Positions 15,167-26,487 of a stretch of DNA of 28,055 nucleotides are shown here, one piece after another. Below the pieces are notes generated by a model. The model did not search any database and had not been told where the DNA came from. It saw only the letters and a program-made list of their open reading frames with translations. The translations under genes were made by a program, and so were the position numbers. The stretch comes from Spirochaetia bacterium. GTDB lineage: Bacteria > Spirochaetota > Spirochaetia > DTKZ01. The DNA is taken from assembly GCA_031270615.1 (NCBI GenBank), contig JAISXE010000082.1:1-28055 (forward strand), written 5' to 3'. Numbering within the stretch: position 1 is the first letter of the stretch; each line of letters opens with the position of its first letter.

Positions 15167-15709
15167 ATGAAAAAATGGGTTTGTTCTGTCTGCGGATATG
15201 TGTATACCGGAGATCAGCCCCCGGCTGCCTGTCCCCAATGCAAGGCCCCGGCGTCCAAGTTCAAAGAACACGTTGCGGGCGGCACCTTTGCCGCCGAGCA
15301 TGTCGTGGGCGTCGCCAAAGGCGTCGAGGAGGACATCACAAAAGACCTGCAGGCGCACTTCAACGGGGAATGCTGCGAAGTCGGCATGTACCTCGCCATG
15401 AGCCGGGTCGCCGAGCGCGAGGGCTATCCAGAAGTCGCGGAGGCTTACAAGCGCTACGCTTTTGAGGAAGCCGAACACGCCGCCAAATTCGCGGAGCTTT
15501 TGGGCGAGGTCATTACCGACAGCACCAAAAAGAATCTGGAGCTGCGCGTTGAGGCCGAATACGGCGCCTGCGCCGGGAAAACCGACATCGCCAAACGCGC
15601 GAAAGAGCGCGGCTACGATGCCATCCACGACACCGTGCATGAAATGGCCCGCGACGAGGCCCGCCACTGCGCCGGTTTCAAGGGTCTTCTGAAAAGGTAT
15701 TTTTCCTAA
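15167..15709 (+). CDS. rbr: Reverse rubrerythrin (N-terminal rubredoxin domain + ferritin-like diiron domain; NADH peroxidase)
   Basis: GGAGG RBS; [11 protein letters not shown]...CPQC, then [15 protein letters not shown] and DEARH diiron motifs; architecture of clostridial Rbr3. Confidence 0.92.
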   Translation: MKKWVCSVCGYVYTGDQPPAACPQCKAPASKFKEHVAGGTFAAEHVVGVAKGVEEDITKDLQAHFNGECCEVGMYLAMSRVAEREGYPEVAEAYKRYAFEEAEHAAKFAELLGEVITDSTKKNLELRVEAEYGACAGKTDIAKRAKERGYDAIHDTVHEMARDEARHCAGFKGLLKRYFS

Positions 15710-15743
15710 AAAGCCGCTGCCGCGGGCGGCTTCGCCGCGGCGC

Positions 15744-15783
15744 AAAAAAAGCGGGCCGGTTTTTCATCGAAAAACCGGCCCGC
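15744..15783 (-). terminator. Intrinsic terminator-like hairpin (minus strand; could also act on rbr)
   Basis: Perfect 15-bp stem GCGGGCCGGTTTTTC ATC GAAAAACCGGCCCGC (15751-15783) followed on the minus strand by T7 (A7 at 15744-15750). Confidence 0.65.
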
Positions 15784-15824
15784 CCCTTCTTCCCGCCGGG
15801 CGGGCCCCGCCAGTGCAATGAAGA

Positions 15825-15846
15825 ACCTCGGAGCAAGCTCCGGGGT
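15825..15846. repeat. Short palindrome ACCTCGGAGC AA GCTCCGGGGT (REP/IS200-end-like)
   Basis: 10-bp arms with one G-T wobble; the resemblance to HUH-transposase-associated hairpins is by recall only. Confidence 0.4.
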
Positions 15847-15898
15847 ACAATTCAGCGCCGCGTGCGGCGCATACAAATGAACACCTATAATTGCCAGC

Positions 15899-15942
15899 CC
15901 GGGTTGCATGGGCGAGCAACGAGCGAAGCGAGTGACCAGCCC
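15899..15942 (-). repeat. R2 copy (short internal variant)
   Basis: CCGGGTTGCATGGGCGAGCAACGAGCGAAGCGAGTGACCAGCCC; the termini match 3676-3727. Confidence 0.8.
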
Positions 15943-15970
15943 CAAAGGGGCTGATGGACCATGCCTTCCA

Positions 15971-16214
15971 AATCAAGGCGCGCCATCAGTCTAAACTGAA
16001 GGACTGCGCCCCCCCCCACTCTTCCTCATACAACCTTTTCAGACCGCAATACTCAGGGTGGGTCTCATGGCGCGTTGCAGAAACAGCGCGGGTGGCGGCG
16101 GGAAAAAAACGAGCGCTTTCGCGTCCGCGCGCTTTAGCGAGCTTTTTTTTCCGCCGTCAGGCCCCGCAAGTGCAATCAAGGCGCGCCATAAGTTTAACCT
16201 GAAGAATTGCGGCC
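15971..16214. repeat. Family R4 cluster: copies at 15971-16017 (+), 16042-16079 (-), 16171-16214 (+) forming a ~170-bp imperfect palindrome 16042-16214
   Basis: AATCAAGGCGCGCCAT is identical at 15971 and 16174. ATGGCGCG (16067-16074) pairs with CGCGCCAT (16182-16189), GACCGCAAT with ATTGCGGCC (8/9), and TGGCGGCGGGAAAAAAA with TTTTTTTTCCGCCGTCA. Confidence 0.7.
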
Positions 16215-16217
16215 CCC

Positions 16218-19200
16218 CTACTCTTCGTCGTTCTCCTCCTCGTCATAATCGGCGACATCAACTCCCACGCTTTCCTGGACGTTCTGACTGCTCGCCTCAC
16301 GCATAAGCTCGGCATCTTCCCGTTCCCTTTGCTTTGCTTCCATGATGAGGTGCATTTTCGTGTCAAGGTCTTCCTCGTTCTCGTCGAAGAGCTTGAGGGG
16401 CCGGTACTTTTTCATGCCCGTGCCCGCAGGGATCGGGTGGCCGATAATGACGTTTTCCTTTAACCCGCGCAGGTAATCCACGGAGCCCGCGATGGCGGCG
16501 TTGGTAAGCACCCGCGTGGTTTCCTGGAAGGACGCGGCGGAGAAAAACGAGTCGATATTCAGCGACGCGCGGGTGATTCCCAGAAGAAGCGGGCGCCCGA
16601 TTGCCGGCTGCCCGCCCTCGCGCGCGACTTTGGCGTTTTCCTCGTGGAAACGGTGCTTGTCCACATGCTGGTCGAAGCGGAAGGTCGTGTCGCCGACGGA
16701 GGTGATTTCCACCTTGCGCATCATCTGCCGGATGATAACGCCTATATGCTTGTCGTTGATGCCGACGCCCTGCTCTTTGTAGACCCCCTGCACCTCGTCC
16801 ATCATGTAACGCTGGAGGGCGTTTTCCCCCAGAATCTGCAGAATGTCGTGCGGGTCTTTGCTGCCGTCGCACAGGGGCTCGCCCGCTTCCACGCTGTCGC
16901 CCTCGCGCACAAGCAGGTGGCGGCCCATGGGAACAAGATGCTTGAATTCCTTGCCGAAGGGGTCTTCCACCACAATGACCCGTTTGGCTTTGACGATGCC
17001 CTTGAAGCGGACGGTCCCCGAAATCTGGGCCAGAATCGCCGAGGTCTTTGGGCGGCGGGCCTCGAAAAGCTCCCCTACCCTCGGCAGGCCCCCGGTGATG
17101 TCCCCTGTCTTTACGCTTTCCTTAAGCAGTTTCGCGATGATGCGGCCCGCCTTGATTTTATCGCCGTCGTTGATATTCAGGTAGGAAGATCCGGGCAGAA
17201 AGTACACGGCCAGGTCTTCCCCGGCTTTATCCACGATGCGGATGCGCGGCTGGAGGCTTTCGCTGGTATAATCGGAGATCTTCTTTTCGATGTTTCCCGT
17301 GTCCTCGTTGATTTCTTCCTTGAGCGTGGTGCCCAGGATGATATCCTCAAACCTCACCGTCCCGTCAAATTCCGCGATAATAGGCTCGCTGAAAGGATCA
17401 AAGGAAGCTATGGTTTGTTCCGCAGGAAGCACTTCCCCCACTTTGACATGGAGCATCGCGCCGTTACGCACCGAGACTTTCTGTTCCTGCGCGATAAGGT
17501 AGATGCGGTTTCTGTCTTTCGTTATGGACACATACGCGTTGTGCCCGGCCGCGATTTCCTCTTTTTCGCGTCTAAGGATATTCTGCCCCTTGAGGACCTT
17601 GTCGCCGTCATGGAAATGCAGGCGGTCGTTTTTCTGGATTTCCAGCGATTCCAGAATGCGGCTCACGATGACATCGCCCCGGCGGGTAAACAGGCTTTCC
17701 CCGCTTTCCAGCGTCACGGTTGTTCCCTGGATGTCCTTCACGATGACGGGGAACTTCAGGTAGGTCTTGTTTTCTTCCGAGGCCTTTGTCGCCGCCCCGC
17801 CGATGTGGAAAGTCCTCATGGTAAGCTGGGTGCCGGGCTGGCCGATGGACTGCGCGGCGATGATGCCGACGGCCTCGCCGATCTCGACGGTCTCGTTGGT
17901 GGCCAGGTTCCGGCCGTAGCATTTCTTGCACACGCCGTACTTCGCCTCGCAGGTAAAAACCGTCCTGACGCTCACGCTTTCAATACCGGCGTCCTCAATC
18001 TGCCTCCCCTTGTCTTCGGTGATAAGCTCGTTCACTTCGACAATGACTTCTCCCGTAATGGGGTTTTTCACCTGCTCAAGGGTAAAGCGGCCGACGACGC
18101 GCTCGGCAAGGGTTTCCACGATTTCCTCGTCCTTTTTCAGGGCCGTCATTTTCAGGCCGTTAATCGTGCCGCAGTCATCCTCGTTGACAACGACATCCTG
18201 GGCTATATCCACAAGGCGGCGGGTCAGGTAGCCCGCGTCGGCGGTCTTCAAAGCGGTGTCGGCCAAACCCTTGCGGGCACCGTTAGTCGAAATGAAAAAT
18301 TCAATAACGGAAAGGCCCTCTTTGAAGTTGGAGCGGATTGGCAGCTCGATAATATCCCCGGAGGGTTTCGCCATAAGGCCGCGCATGCCGGCAAGCTGGC
18401 GGATCTGGCTTTTGGAACCGCGGGCACCGGAGTTTGCCATCATGTAGACGGGGTTAAAACCGCCCTGGTCTTCTTTCAGTTCGCGCATCATCTCATTGGC
18501 AAGATCGTCGTTGGTTTTCGACCACACTTCAACAACGCGGTTGTAGCGTTCTTCCTGGGTAATGTGGCCGTGCTGGTACTGCTGCTGGATTCCGGCGACT
18601 TCGGTATTGGCCTTTTCTATCATCACTTTTTTGACGCTGGGGACAAGGACATCCTCCACCCCGATGGTGGCACCGAAAATCGTGGCGTACTTGAAGCCCA
18701 TGTCCTTGATCGCGTCAAGCATCCGAACCGTGGTGTACGCGCCCAGTTCCGCGTAGGCTTTCGCGATGACGTTTTTGATTTCCTTGTCGCCCAGGGTGTA
18801 GTTGATGTACTCAACGCCCTCAGGAAAGCCTTCGTTCATAATCAGGCGGCCCGCCGTCGTTTCCAGAAGTTTCCCCTTGTAGGGCACTTTTATCATGGCG
18901 CCGTATTCGATGGCGCCCACGTCCAGGGCAAGGAACGCCTCGTCAACCGAGCTGAACCTTTTGCCCTCGCCCCTCGCTCCGGCTTTATCCTTGGACAGGT
19001 AATATATCCCCAAAACGATGTCCTGCGAGGGGAACACGACGGGGCTGCCGTTAGCGGGGTTCAGCAGGTTTTTCGCGGACAGCATGAGGGTCCAGCATTC
19101 AATCTGCGCGGCCTGCGTCAAAGGGACATGGACGGCCATCTGGTCGCCGTCAAAATCCGCGTTAAAGGCGTGGCACACCAGGGGATGCAGCTTTATCGCC

Positions 19201-20501
19201 TTGCCGTCCACCAGAATCGGCTCAAAGGCCTGAATGCCAAGCCGGTGCAGGGTGGGCGCGCGGTTCAGAAGGACGGGATGCTCTTTTACCACATCGTCCA
19301 GAATCTGCCAAACCTCCGGGCTTTCGGTCTCCACAAGGGTCTTTGCTTTTTTGATATTGTACACCACGTCCTTTTCGACGAGTTTCTTCATGATGAAAGG
19401 CTTGTAAAGCTCCAGGGCCATTTTTGTAGGAAGGCCGCACTGGTGGAGTTTCAGCTCCGGGCCAACGACGATAACCGAGCGGCCGGAATAGTCCACGCGC
19501 TTTCCCAGAAGGTTCTGGCGGAAACGGCCCTGCTTGCCTTTGAGCATGTCGGAGAGTGACTTCAGCGGCCGGTTGGAAGCGCCCTTGACGACCCGCTTCT
19601 TTTTGGAATTGTCGAAGAGCGCGTCCACCGCTTCCTGGAGCATGCGCTTCTCGTTGCGGATGATGATATCCGGCGCGTTCAGCGCCATAAGCCTTTTCAG
19701 GCGGTTATTGCGGTTGATGACCCTGCGGTACAGGTCGTTCAAATCGCTTGTGGCGAAGCGCCCCCCGTCCAACTGCACCATGGGCCGCAGCTCAGGGGGG
19801 ATGACGGGAACCACGTCAAGGATCATCCATTCGGGCCTGTTCCCGGAATCGCGGAAGTGTTCCACGATTTCAATGCGTTTCAGAAGGCGCTTGTCCGCCT
19901 TGGCACCCTTTTCAATCATCGTGGAGCGCAGTGCCACGGAAAGGGCGTCCAGGTCCAGGTTTTCCAGCAGGCTGCGCACGGCCTCCGCCCCGATGCCGGC
20001 CGTAAAGGACATGCCGTAGCGCTCCTTGGCCTCGTTGTACTCCTCCTCGGTAAGAAGCCCCATCTTTTTCAGGTCGGTGTCGCCCGGATCCATAACAATA
20101 TACTTCTCGTAGTAAAGGACGGAGCGCAGGGCGGCAATCGTCAAATCCAGAAGAAGGCCCATGCGGGAAGGAACCGAGCGGTAGTACCAGATATGCGACA
20201 CCGGGGAGGCAAGCTCGATGTGCCCCATCCTTTCGCGGCGCACCTTGAAATGCGTCACCTCCACGCCGCAGCGGTCGCAGATGACGCCCTTATAGCGTAT
20301 CGACTTAAACTTACCGCAGTAGCATTCCCACTCCTTCGTGGTGCCGAAGATGCGCTCGCAGAACAGCCCGTCCTTTTCGGGCCGCAGGGTGCGGTAGTTT
20401 ATCGTTTCAGGCTTCTTCACTTCCCCATAGCTCCACGCCCGGATCTTCTCCGGGGACGTGAGTTGTATCCTGATGGAATCGAAATCCTGAATATCTCTCA
20501 T
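16218..20501 (-). CDS. rpoC: DNA-directed RNA polymerase subunit beta'
   Basis: 1427 aa; Zn finger CYCGK...[19 protein letters not shown], catalytic [29 protein letters not shown]; acidic C-terminal tail. Confidence 0.99.
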   Translation of the reverse strand: MRDIQDFDSIRIQLTSPEKIRAWSYGEVKKPETINYRTLRPEKDGLFCERIFGTTKEWECYCGKFKSIRYKGVICDRCGVEVTHFKVRRERMGHIELASPVSHIWYYRSVPSRMGLLLDLTIAALRSVLYYEKYIVMDPGDTDLKKMGLLTEEEYNEAKERYGMSFTAGIGAEAVRSLLENLDLDALSVALRSTMIEKGAKADKRLLKRIEIVEHFRDSGNRPEWMILDVVPVIPPELRPMVQLDGGRFATSDLNDLYRRVINRNNRLKRLMALNAPDIIIRNEKRMLQEAVDALFDNSKKKRVVKGASNRPLKSLSDMLKGKQGRFRQNLLGKRVDYSGRSVIVVGPELKLHQCGLPTKMALELYKPFIMKKLVEKDVVYNIKKAKTLVETESPEVWQILDDVVKEHPVLLNRAPTLHRLGIQAFEPILVDGKAIKLHPLVCHAFNADFDGDQMAVHVPLTQAAQIECWTLMLSAKNLLNPANGSPVVFPSQDIVLGIYYLSKDKAGARGEGKRFSSVDEAFLALDVGAIEYGAMIKVPYKGKLLETTAGRLIMNEGFPEGVEYINYTLGDKEIKNVIAKAYAELGAYTTVRMLDAIKDMGFKYATIFGATIGVEDVLVPSVKKVMIEKANTEVAGIQQQYQHGHITQEERYNRVVEVWSKTNDDLANEMMRELKEDQGGFNPVYMMANSGARGSKSQIRQLAGMRGLMAKPSGDIIELPIRSNFKEGLSVIEFFISTNGARKGLADTALKTADAGYLTRRLVDIAQDVVVNEDDCGTINGLKMTALKKDEEIVETLAERVVGRFTLEQVKNPITGEVIVEVNELITEDKGRQIEDAGIESVSVRTVFTCEAKYGVCKKCYGRNLATNETVEIGEAVGIIAAQSIGQPGTQLTMRTFHIGGAATKASEENKTYLKFPVIVKDIQGTTVTLESGESLFTRRGDVIVSRILESLEIQKNDRLHFHDGDKVLKGQNILRREKEEIAAGHNAYVSITKDRNRIYLIAQEQKVSVRNGAMLHVKVGEVLPAEQTIASFDPFSEPIIAEFDGTVRFEDIILGTTLKEEINEDTGNIEKKISDYTSESLQPRIRIVDKAGEDLAVYFLPGSSYLNINDGDKIKAGRIIAKLLKESVKTGDITGGLPRVGELFEARRPKTSAILAQISGTVRFKGIVKAKRVIVVEDPFGKEFKHLVPMGRHLLVREGDSVEAGEPLCDGSKDPHDILQILGENALQRYMMDEVQGVYKEQGVGINDKHIGVIIRQMMRKVEITSVGDTTFRFDQHVDKHRFHEENAKVAREGGQPAIGRPLLLGITRASLNIDSFFSAASFQETTRVLTNAAIAGSVDYLRGLKENVIIGHPIPAGTGMKKYRPLKLFDENEEDLDTKMHLIMEAKQREREDAELMREASSQNVQESVGVDVADYDEEENDEE

Positions 20502-20516
20502 AAAAATCTGCCCTCC

Positions 20517-23500
20517 CTAGAAATTGCTTCCCGGCCGGTTGATGAGTTCCTCGTCCCTTTCGGTAAGGGGAATCGCCTTGTCCTTGGAATCCCGAATCGA
20601 AATGTCAAGGGCCAGTCCCCGGAGTTCCTGCACAAGCACGTTGAAAGACTCAGGGACGCCCGCCGCAGTGGACGGCTCCCCCTTGACAATGCTTTCGTAT
20701 ATTTTCGCCCGGCCCGTCATGTCGTCGGACTTGATGGTAAGAAGCTCCTGCAAGGTATTGGCCGCGCCGTAGGCTTCCAGCGCCCAGACTTCCATTTCCC
20801 CAAGCCGCTGCCCGCCGAACTGGGCCTTGCCGCCCAGGGGCTGCTGCGTTACCAGCGAGTAGGGCCCGGTGGAGCGGGCGTGCATTTTGTCGTCAACAAG
20901 ATGGTGCAGTTTCAGCATGTACATGCAGCCCACCATGACGGGATTCTTGAAGGCCTCGCCCGTGCGCCCGTCATACAGGGTCGTCTTTGATCCCGAAGGC
21001 AGTTCCGCGGATTTCAGGCACATGGCGATCTCCTCGACGGAAGCGGATTCAAAAACCGGGGTCGCGTACCATTCGTTCTTCCACAGGGCCGCCCAGCCGA
21101 GCATGGTTTCCAGGATTTGCCCCAGATTCATGCGGGAGGGAACGCCCAGGGGGTTCAGGCAGATTTCCAGCGGGGTGCCGTCCGCCATGTACGGCATATC
21201 CTCCTCAGGAAGAACCCGCGCGATGACGCCCTTGTTGCCGTGGCGGCCCGCCATTTTATCGCCTTCCTGGAGTTTGCGCTTCGTCGCGATAAGAACCTTC
21301 ACAACCTCGTCAACGCCGGGGGAAAGGTCGTCCCCCACGGACCTGCGCAGGCGCTGCACGTCGATAACCGTCCCTTCCGTGCCGTGGGGAATCCGCAAAG
21401 AGGTGTCCCGCACCTCCTTGGCCTTTTCCCCGAATATCGAATTGAGGAGTTTGAACTCGGGCGTGGTCTCGGTCTCGCTTTTGGGCGTCACCTTGCCAAC
21501 CAGGATCGAGCCGGATTTCACCTTCGCCCCGATGCGGATAATCCCTTCCTCGTCAAGCTGGTCAAGGGATTTTTCCCCGATATTGGGAATGTCGCGGGTG
21601 ATTTTCTCCGGCCCGAGCTTGGTTTCCCGCACGTCCATCTGGAATTCCTTGATGTGGACCGAGGTGAAAATATCCTCTTTGACGATCTTCTCCGAAATAA
21701 GGATGGCGTCCTCGTAGTTGTAGCCGTTCCACGGCACAAAGCCGACCAGCACGTTCCTCCCCAGGGCAAGCTCCCCCTTGAACGTGGCCGGCCCGTCGGC
21801 GATGACCTCGCCCTTTTTGACCCTCTGCCCCGGCTTGACGACCGGCTTCTGGATATAACAGGTGTCCTGGTTCGTCCTTTGGTACTTGAGCAGCTCAAAC
21901 TCGTCCCTGTCCTCCGGCCCGGAACCCCTGGCGGGTTTCACCACGACTTTGGTCGAAGAAACATATTCCACAACCCCGTCCCGCTTCGCCTTGACAAAAA
22001 CCCCCGAATCGTAGGCGCACTTGGCCTCCATGCCCGTTCCCACCCGGGGGGGTTCGGGAAACACAAGGGGGACGGCCTGGCGCTGCATGTTCGATCCCAT
22101 AAGGGCGCGGTTCGCGTCGTCATGCTCCAGAAAGGGAATCAGCGAGGCGGACACCGAGATAATCTGCTTGGGCGAAACGTCCATGTACTGGATTTCCTTG
22201 GGGAGCCGGGTGCTGTAATCGCCCGCCCTGCGCACGGACACCTGGTCGTCGGTAAAGTTGCCCCTGCCGTCGATGCGGGCGTTGGCCTGCGCGATGTAGT
22301 ATTTTTCCTCGTCAATCGCGGACAGGTATTCGATCTCGTCGGTGACCTTGCCGTTCTGTACCTTGCGGTACGGCGTTTCCAGGAAACCGAAGTCGTTCAC
22401 GCTGGTGTAGTTTGCCAGGGACACGATAAGGCCGATATTCGGACCTTCCGGCGTCTCGATGGGGCACATGCGCCCGTAGTGGGTGTAGTGCACGTCGCGC
22501 ACCTCGAAGCCCGCCCTGTCGCGCGAAAGGCCGCCGGGACCCAGGGCGTTGAGCCTGCGCTTGTGCGTCAGCTCCGACAGGGGGTTCACCTGGTCCATGA
22601 ACTGGGAAAGCTGGCTGGAACCAAAAAATTCCTTGATAGCCGCGACAATGGGTTTTATCGAAATCAGATCCTGCGGCTTGATGGTCTCGGTTTCCTTGAG
22701 GGACATCCGCTCCTTGGCGATTCTTTCCATGCGGGAAAAGGCCGTTTTCAGCTGGTTCGCCAGAAGCTCCCCCACCGAGCGAACGCGCCGGTTCCCCAGG
22801 TGGTCGATGTCGTCAACGTTCGCCCCGCCGATATACACCTTGATGAGGTACTTCATCGTGTTCACGATATCCTGCTTGGTCAGAAGGTGCGCGCCCGTTG
22901 CGGAATGTTCCCCGGCGGCTGCCTCCTCCCCGGCGTAATCGAACTTCTTGTTCAGTTTGTATCTGCCGACCCGCCCCAGGTCATAGCGGCGCGGGCTGAA
23001 AAACATGGAGTTGAAATCCTTCTCGGCATTCTCAATCGTGATGGGTTCGCCCGGCATGATGATGGAGTACACATAGGCAAAGGAGTCGTCTTTGGTAGGC
23101 TCGTCAAAACCCGCATCGCGGCGCGTGTACTTCGCATCCTCGCGCTCAAAACATTTCAGGATGATCTGCGAATCAAGCGAATCCCCCGCGCCAAAATCAA
23201 TGATATCGACTTTTTTGACACCCTGGTGGATAAGCTCCTCGATATCGTGGGGATGGAGTTTTTCCCCCGCAGGGTACAGTTTTTTCTGCTGCCCCTCCTC
23301 CTCGACAAAAATGGCCTTCGCGAGGATCTTCCCCGCCAGGGCGTCCCGCACTTCCTCCTTGTCCCGCAAAGCGAGGGTCTGGGCCTTGTAAAAACAGGAA
23401 ATGATTTCCTCGCGGCTTTCATAGCCCAGCGCGCGCAGGAACAGGGTACCCAGGATGCGTTTTTTCCTGTCGATCTTCGCGTAGATAAGCTCTTTTTTCT

Positions 23501-24044
23501 GGTCGATCTCAAACTCAAGCCAGGAACCCCGGTAGGGGATGATGCGGGAGGAGAACACGCCTTTCTCGTGCGAAAAAATAACGCCGGGGGAGCGGTGTAT
23601 CTGCGAAACGACAACGCGCTCGGCACCGTTGATGATAAAAGTGCCGCGCTCGGTCATAAGCGGCATGTCGCCCATGTAGATTTCCTTCTGCCGGATCTCG
23701 CCCGTTTCCAGGAACACAAGATTAATGCGGGCCTTGACCGGCACGGAATAGGTAAGCCCTTTCTGCTTGCAGTCCGCTTCGGATATCCTCATGCTGCCAT
23801 CATCGAAAGTGTAATGGTCGTATTCCAGCTTCATATCGCCGTTCTGGCTTTCGATGGGGAACACGGACTGGAACACCTCCTCCAGGCCCTGATTCAGCGG
23901 CGGCTTGCCCGCCTGCTGGCGTTCTTTTTGCAGGAATCTCTCGTACGAGGCGAGCTGAATATCAATCAGGTTAGGCAGCTCCATCACGTCGGGGCGGTCT
24001 TTTCCGACATACTCGCGATTAATTACGGCATTTCTATCAAACAT
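20517..24044 (-). CDS. rpoB: DNA-directed RNA polymerase subunit beta
   Basis: [57 protein letters not shown]. The likely start is ATG 24044 (MFDRN) after a GAGGGGGT RBS. Confidence 0.99.
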   Translation of the reverse strand: MFDRNAVINREYVGKDRPDVMELPNLIDIQLASYERFLQKERQQAGKPPLNQGLEEVFQSVFPIESQNGDMKLEYDHYTFDDGSMRISEADCKQKGLTYSVPVKARINLVFLETGEIRQKEIYMGDMPLMTERGTFIINGAERVVVSQIHRSPGVIFSHEKGVFSSRIIPYRGSWLEFEIDQKKELIYAKIDRKKRILGTLFLRALGYESREEIISCFYKAQTLALRDKEEVRDALAGKILAKAIFVEEEGQQKKLYPAGEKLHPHDIEELIHQGVKKVDIIDFGAGDSLDSQIILKCFEREDAKYTRRDAGFDEPTKDDSFAYVYSIIMPGEPITIENAEKDFNSMFFSPRRYDLGRVGRYKLNKKFDYAGEEAAAGEHSATGAHLLTKQDIVNTMKYLIKVYIGGANVDDIDHLGNRRVRSVGELLANQLKTAFSRMERIAKERMSLKETETIKPQDLISIKPIVAAIKEFFGSSQLSQFMDQVNPLSELTHKRRLNALGPGGLSRDRAGFEVRDVHYTHYGRMCPIETPEGPNIGLIVSLANYTSVNDFGFLETPYRKVQNGKVTDEIEYLSAIDEEKYYIAQANARIDGRGNFTDDQVSVRRAGDYSTRLPKEIQYMDVSPKQIISVSASLIPFLEHDDANRALMGSNMQRQAVPLVFPEPPRVGTGMEAKCAYDSGVFVKAKRDGVVEYVSSTKVVVKPARGSGPEDRDEFELLKYQRTNQDTCYIQKPVVKPGQRVKKGEVIADGPATFKGELALGRNVLVGFVPWNGYNYEDAILISEKIVKEDIFTSVHIKEFQMDVRETKLGPEKITRDIPNIGEKSLDQLDEEGIIRIGAKVKSGSILVGKVTPKSETETTPEFKLLNSIFGEKAKEVRDTSLRIPHGTEGTVIDVQRLRRSVGDDLSPGVDEVVKVLIATKRKLQEGDKMAGRHGNKGVIARVLPEEDMPYMADGTPLEICLNPLGVPSRMNLGQILETMLGWAALWKNEWYATPVFESASVEEIAMCLKSAELPSGSKTTLYDGRTGEAFKNPVMVGCMYMLKLHHLVDDKMHARSTGPYSLVTQQPLGGKAQFGGQRLGEMEVWALEAYGAANTLQELLTIKSDDMTGRAKIYESIVKGEPSTAAGVPESFNVLVQELRGLALDISIRDSKDKAIPLTERDEELINRPGSNF

Positions 24045-24117
24045 GGATTTTACCCCCTCCCCAGGGAAACAAAGGGCCGCGCGCCTTTTCCGCCGCCGAC
24101 CGGCCCAAAGACGAAGC

Positions 24118-24144
24118 ACCACCGGGACAAACTTTTCCGGTGGT
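24118..24144 (-). terminator. Hairpin between rplL and rpoB (possible attenuator)
   Basis: ACCACCGG / CCGGTGGT 8-bp stem; poor U-tract. Confidence 0.3.
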
Positions 24145-24182
24145 CCTCCAATGAGAGAATTTTCTTGCGAAACACAGTGTCT

Positions 24183-24566
24183 TTACTGAACTTCAACTTT
24201 CGCACCGGCATCTTCAAGAGCTTTCTTGATGCTGGCAGACTCGTCCTTTGAAGCATTTTCTTTTACAACGCCCAGGCCCTCAACGAGGTCCTTCGCTTCC
24301 TTCAAGCCGAGGCCGGGAACGACGGCGCGAACCGCCTTGATGACGTCGATTTTCTTTTCGCCCACGGCCGCGATCTTGACGGTAAACTCCGTCTTCTCCT
24401 CCACGGCCGCCGGAGCGGCTGCTCCGGCGGCGGCAGGAGCCACAGCGATGGGAGCGGCGGCGGTAACGCCGAATTTCTCTTCCATCATTTTTACCAGCTC
24501 GGATACTTCAAGAACGCTCATGCCCGCAATCGCGTCGAGCACTTCTTCTTTGCTAAGTGTTGCCAT
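24183..24566 (-). CDS. rplL: 50S ribosomal protein L7/L12
   Basis: [28 protein letters not shown]...[21 protein letters not shown]. Confidence 0.98.
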   Translation of the reverse strand: MATLSKEEVLDAIAGMSVLEVSELVKMMEEKFGVTAAAPIAVAPAAAGAAAPAAVEEKTEFTVKIAAVGEKKIDVIKAVRAVVPGLGLKEAKDLVEGLGVVKENASKDESASIKKALEDAGAKVEVQ

Positions 24567-24675
24567 ATTATCTTCTCCTTATATCCAAAATATTTCCAGG
24601 CCTTCGGGATAGCGCGCAACACAACCAGAAGGCTAACCCGCCCGCCTGTTTTTTTAAAGGCCGCCAGGCGGCCCC

Positions 24676-25212
24676 TTATTCCGATTCCTTTTTGTCCGCC
24701 ACCGCAACGAGGGTTCGGACAAGCTTGAGCGCGACACCGTTCATCGCGCACGCGAGGTTCCGCACGGGCGCCTTCATGGTTCCCATAAGCACCGCGACAA
24801 GCTGCGTGCGGGACGGCAGTTTCGAGAAAGCCTCCACCTGCCCGCCGGCGAAAACCTGGCCGTCTATCAGCCCCCCCTTGACCTTGACGCTTGTTTCCCT
24901 CGCAAAGTCAAAGATGGACTTCGCCACCTGGCTCGCCTCGTCTTTTGCCAAGGCAATCGCCGTTGGCCCCACAAGATAGTCGGCCACGTCCGGCTGGGAA
25001 AGCTCCCTGAAGGCAATCCGCGCGAAGTTGTTTTTCACCACCCTGTATTCGGCATTCAGCTTGCGCAGCTCCCCGCGCAGACGGGTAATCTGCCCGACGG
25101 TAAGCCCCCGGTAATCGGTAAAGATGTACCCGGAGAAACCGCCGAACTTTTCCTTGAGGGCCTCCACCGCCTCGACCTTATAGGGCTGTGGTTTTGTCAC
25201 ATGTTCCGCCAT
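24676..25212 (-). CDS. rplJ: 50S ribosomal protein L10
   Basis: DYRGLTV...LR..L...VVKN, GPTAIA, KLPSR motifs; start ATG 25212 (MAEHV). Confidence 0.97.
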   Translation of the reverse strand: MAEHVTKPQPYKVEAVEALKEKFGGFSGYIFTDYRGLTVGQITRLRGELRKLNAEYRVVKNNFARIAFRELSQPDVADYLVGPTAIALAKDEASQVAKSIFDFARETSVKVKGGLIDGQVFAGGQVEAFSKLPSRTQLVAVLMGTMKAPVRNLACAMNGVALKLVRTLVAVADKKESE

Positions 25213-25216
25213 ACTC

Positions 25217-25900
25217 TTACTCCTGTTCGCCCCGGGAAATACGCACCCCCGGTCCCATCGTCGAAGAAACATACACCGATTTGATGAAATTTCCCTTTGC
25301 GTCAGGCGGACGTTTCCTCTCCACATCCTGGAGAACGGCGGCAATATTCTCCGCGACCGTCTTCGCCTCCATCGAAACCTTGCCGACAGCCAAATGGATC
25401 GCGCCCGTCTTGTCGGAACGGTATTCAACCCGCCCCTTCTTGAGCTCGTTTACCGCCGCCTTGATATCAAAAGTAACGGTCTGGGTTTTTGGGTTCGGCA
25501 TAAGCCCCCTGCGGCCCAGAATCTGGCCAAGCCGGCCCACATCCTTCATCATGTCCGGCGTCGCCACGGCGACATCGAAATCAAGCCATCCGCCCTTTAT
25601 CTTTTCGATAAGATCGTCGTCGCCCACATAGGTGGCGCCGGCCTGCCTGGCCTCCTCGACCTTCTCGCCCTTCGCGAACACCAGAATCTTTTTCTCGCCC
25701 TCCCTGAACTGATACGGCAGCACGAGGGTGTCGCGGACGGTTTGGCTTTTTTTCAAAGAAAGGTTGATGGAAATATCCACCGTCTCGTCAAACTTCGCGT
25801 AGGCGGTCTGTTTGACCACGGCGACGGCCTTCTCCGGCGTGAACGCCTCCAGGGGATCGTATTTTTTCACGGCCTCGGCGTATTTTTTGCCCCTTTTCAT
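25217..25900 (-). CDS. rplA: 50S ribosomal protein L1
   Basis: [41 protein letters not shown]. Confidence 0.98.
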   Translation of the reverse strand: MKRGKKYAEAVKKYDPLEAFTPEKAVAVVKQTAYAKFDETVDISINLSLKKSQTVRDTLVLPYQFREGEKKILVFAKGEKVEEARQAGATYVGDDDLIEKIKGGWLDFDVAVATPDMMKDVGRLGQILGRRGLMPNPKTQTVTFDIKAAVNELKKGRVEYRSDKTGAIHLAVGKVSMEAKTVAENIAAVLQDVERKRPPDAKGNFIKSVYVSSTMGPGVRISRGEQE

Positions 25901-26334
25901 GACGCGGCCTCCACCTCGACGCCCATGCTCCGCGCCGTACCCGCGATAATCTTCATCGCGGCCTCAATGTCGTTGGCATTGAGGTCGGGCAGCTTGGTCT
26001 GGGCAATCTCCCGCAGCTTCGCCCGGGACAGCTTCCCCACCTTCGTCTTATGCGGCTCGGCCGAACCCTTCTCCATCCCCAGGGCCTTTTTAATCAGAAT
26101 CGCGGCCGGCGGGGTCTTCATGATAAACGTGAAACTTTTGTCCGCGTAAACCGTAACAATGACGGGCAGGATAAGCCCCGGCTCCACGTTTTTCGTGGCC
26201 TCATTGAACTGCTGGACAAACTGCGGAGCCGAAACGCCGTGGGGGCCGAGGGCCGGGCCCACGGGAGGCGCGGCCGTAGCCTTTCCGGCAGGACACTGCA
26301 GCTTTACAACGGCAGTAATCTTTTTCTTTGCCAT
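25897..26334 (-). CDS. rplK: 50S ribosomal protein L11
   Basis: [38 protein letters not shown]. Confidence 0.98.
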   Translation of the reverse strand: MAKKKITAVVKLQCPAGKATAAPPVGPALGPHGVSAPQFVQQFNEATKNVEPGLILPVIVTVYADKSFTFIMKTPPAAILIKKALGMEKGSAEPHKTKVGKLSRAKLREIAQTKLPDLNANDIEAAMKIIAGTARSMGVEVEAAS

Positions 26335-26345
26335 ACAATCTCCTT

Positions 26346-26395
26346 GTGGTACTAACGTCCCGCAGGCGCCCTTGCGGCGTCCCTTAGGACTCCCA
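26346..26395 (-). promoter_or_regulatory. L1-binding autoregulatory leader of rplK-rplA
   Basis: Minus strand UGGGAG-UCC...GGGAC-GUUAGUACCAC directly before the rplK RBS, paralleling the E. coli site GGGGAG-CCU...AGGC-GUUAUUACCC. Confidence 0.65.
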
Positions 26396-26487
26396 TTGCT
26401 TCATCCCGGCAACGCCGGGCGGGAAAAACAACCCTTTCGGGAAGATCCTCTTAGATACAGGGATTTTGTCCCCTTTTTACCGGGGGA

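Noticed and set aside
15803-16180. Cobalamin-riboswitch-like GCCCCGC(C/A)AGTGCAA motifs
   Set aside because: They resemble CCCGC-ACTGT only loosely, lack the upstream GGGAA/GGTG-AATCC elements, and are not upstream of a gene.
15971-16231. attL/attR duplication of the rpoC 3' end from an integrated element
   Set aside because: No integrase or cargo; only about 145 bp between copies; a third inverted copy indicates a dispersed repeat. The short match into rpoC is kept as an observation but not called an att site.
16644-24251. Very long plus-strand ORFs (971 aa, 377 aa, 1044 aa) antisense to rpoC/rpoB
   Set aside because: Shadow frames expected from GC-rich codon bias opposite highly conserved genes; no recognisable motifs or RBS. 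The same applies to the many antisense ORFs over the ABC, TRAP, TPR and GH57 genes.
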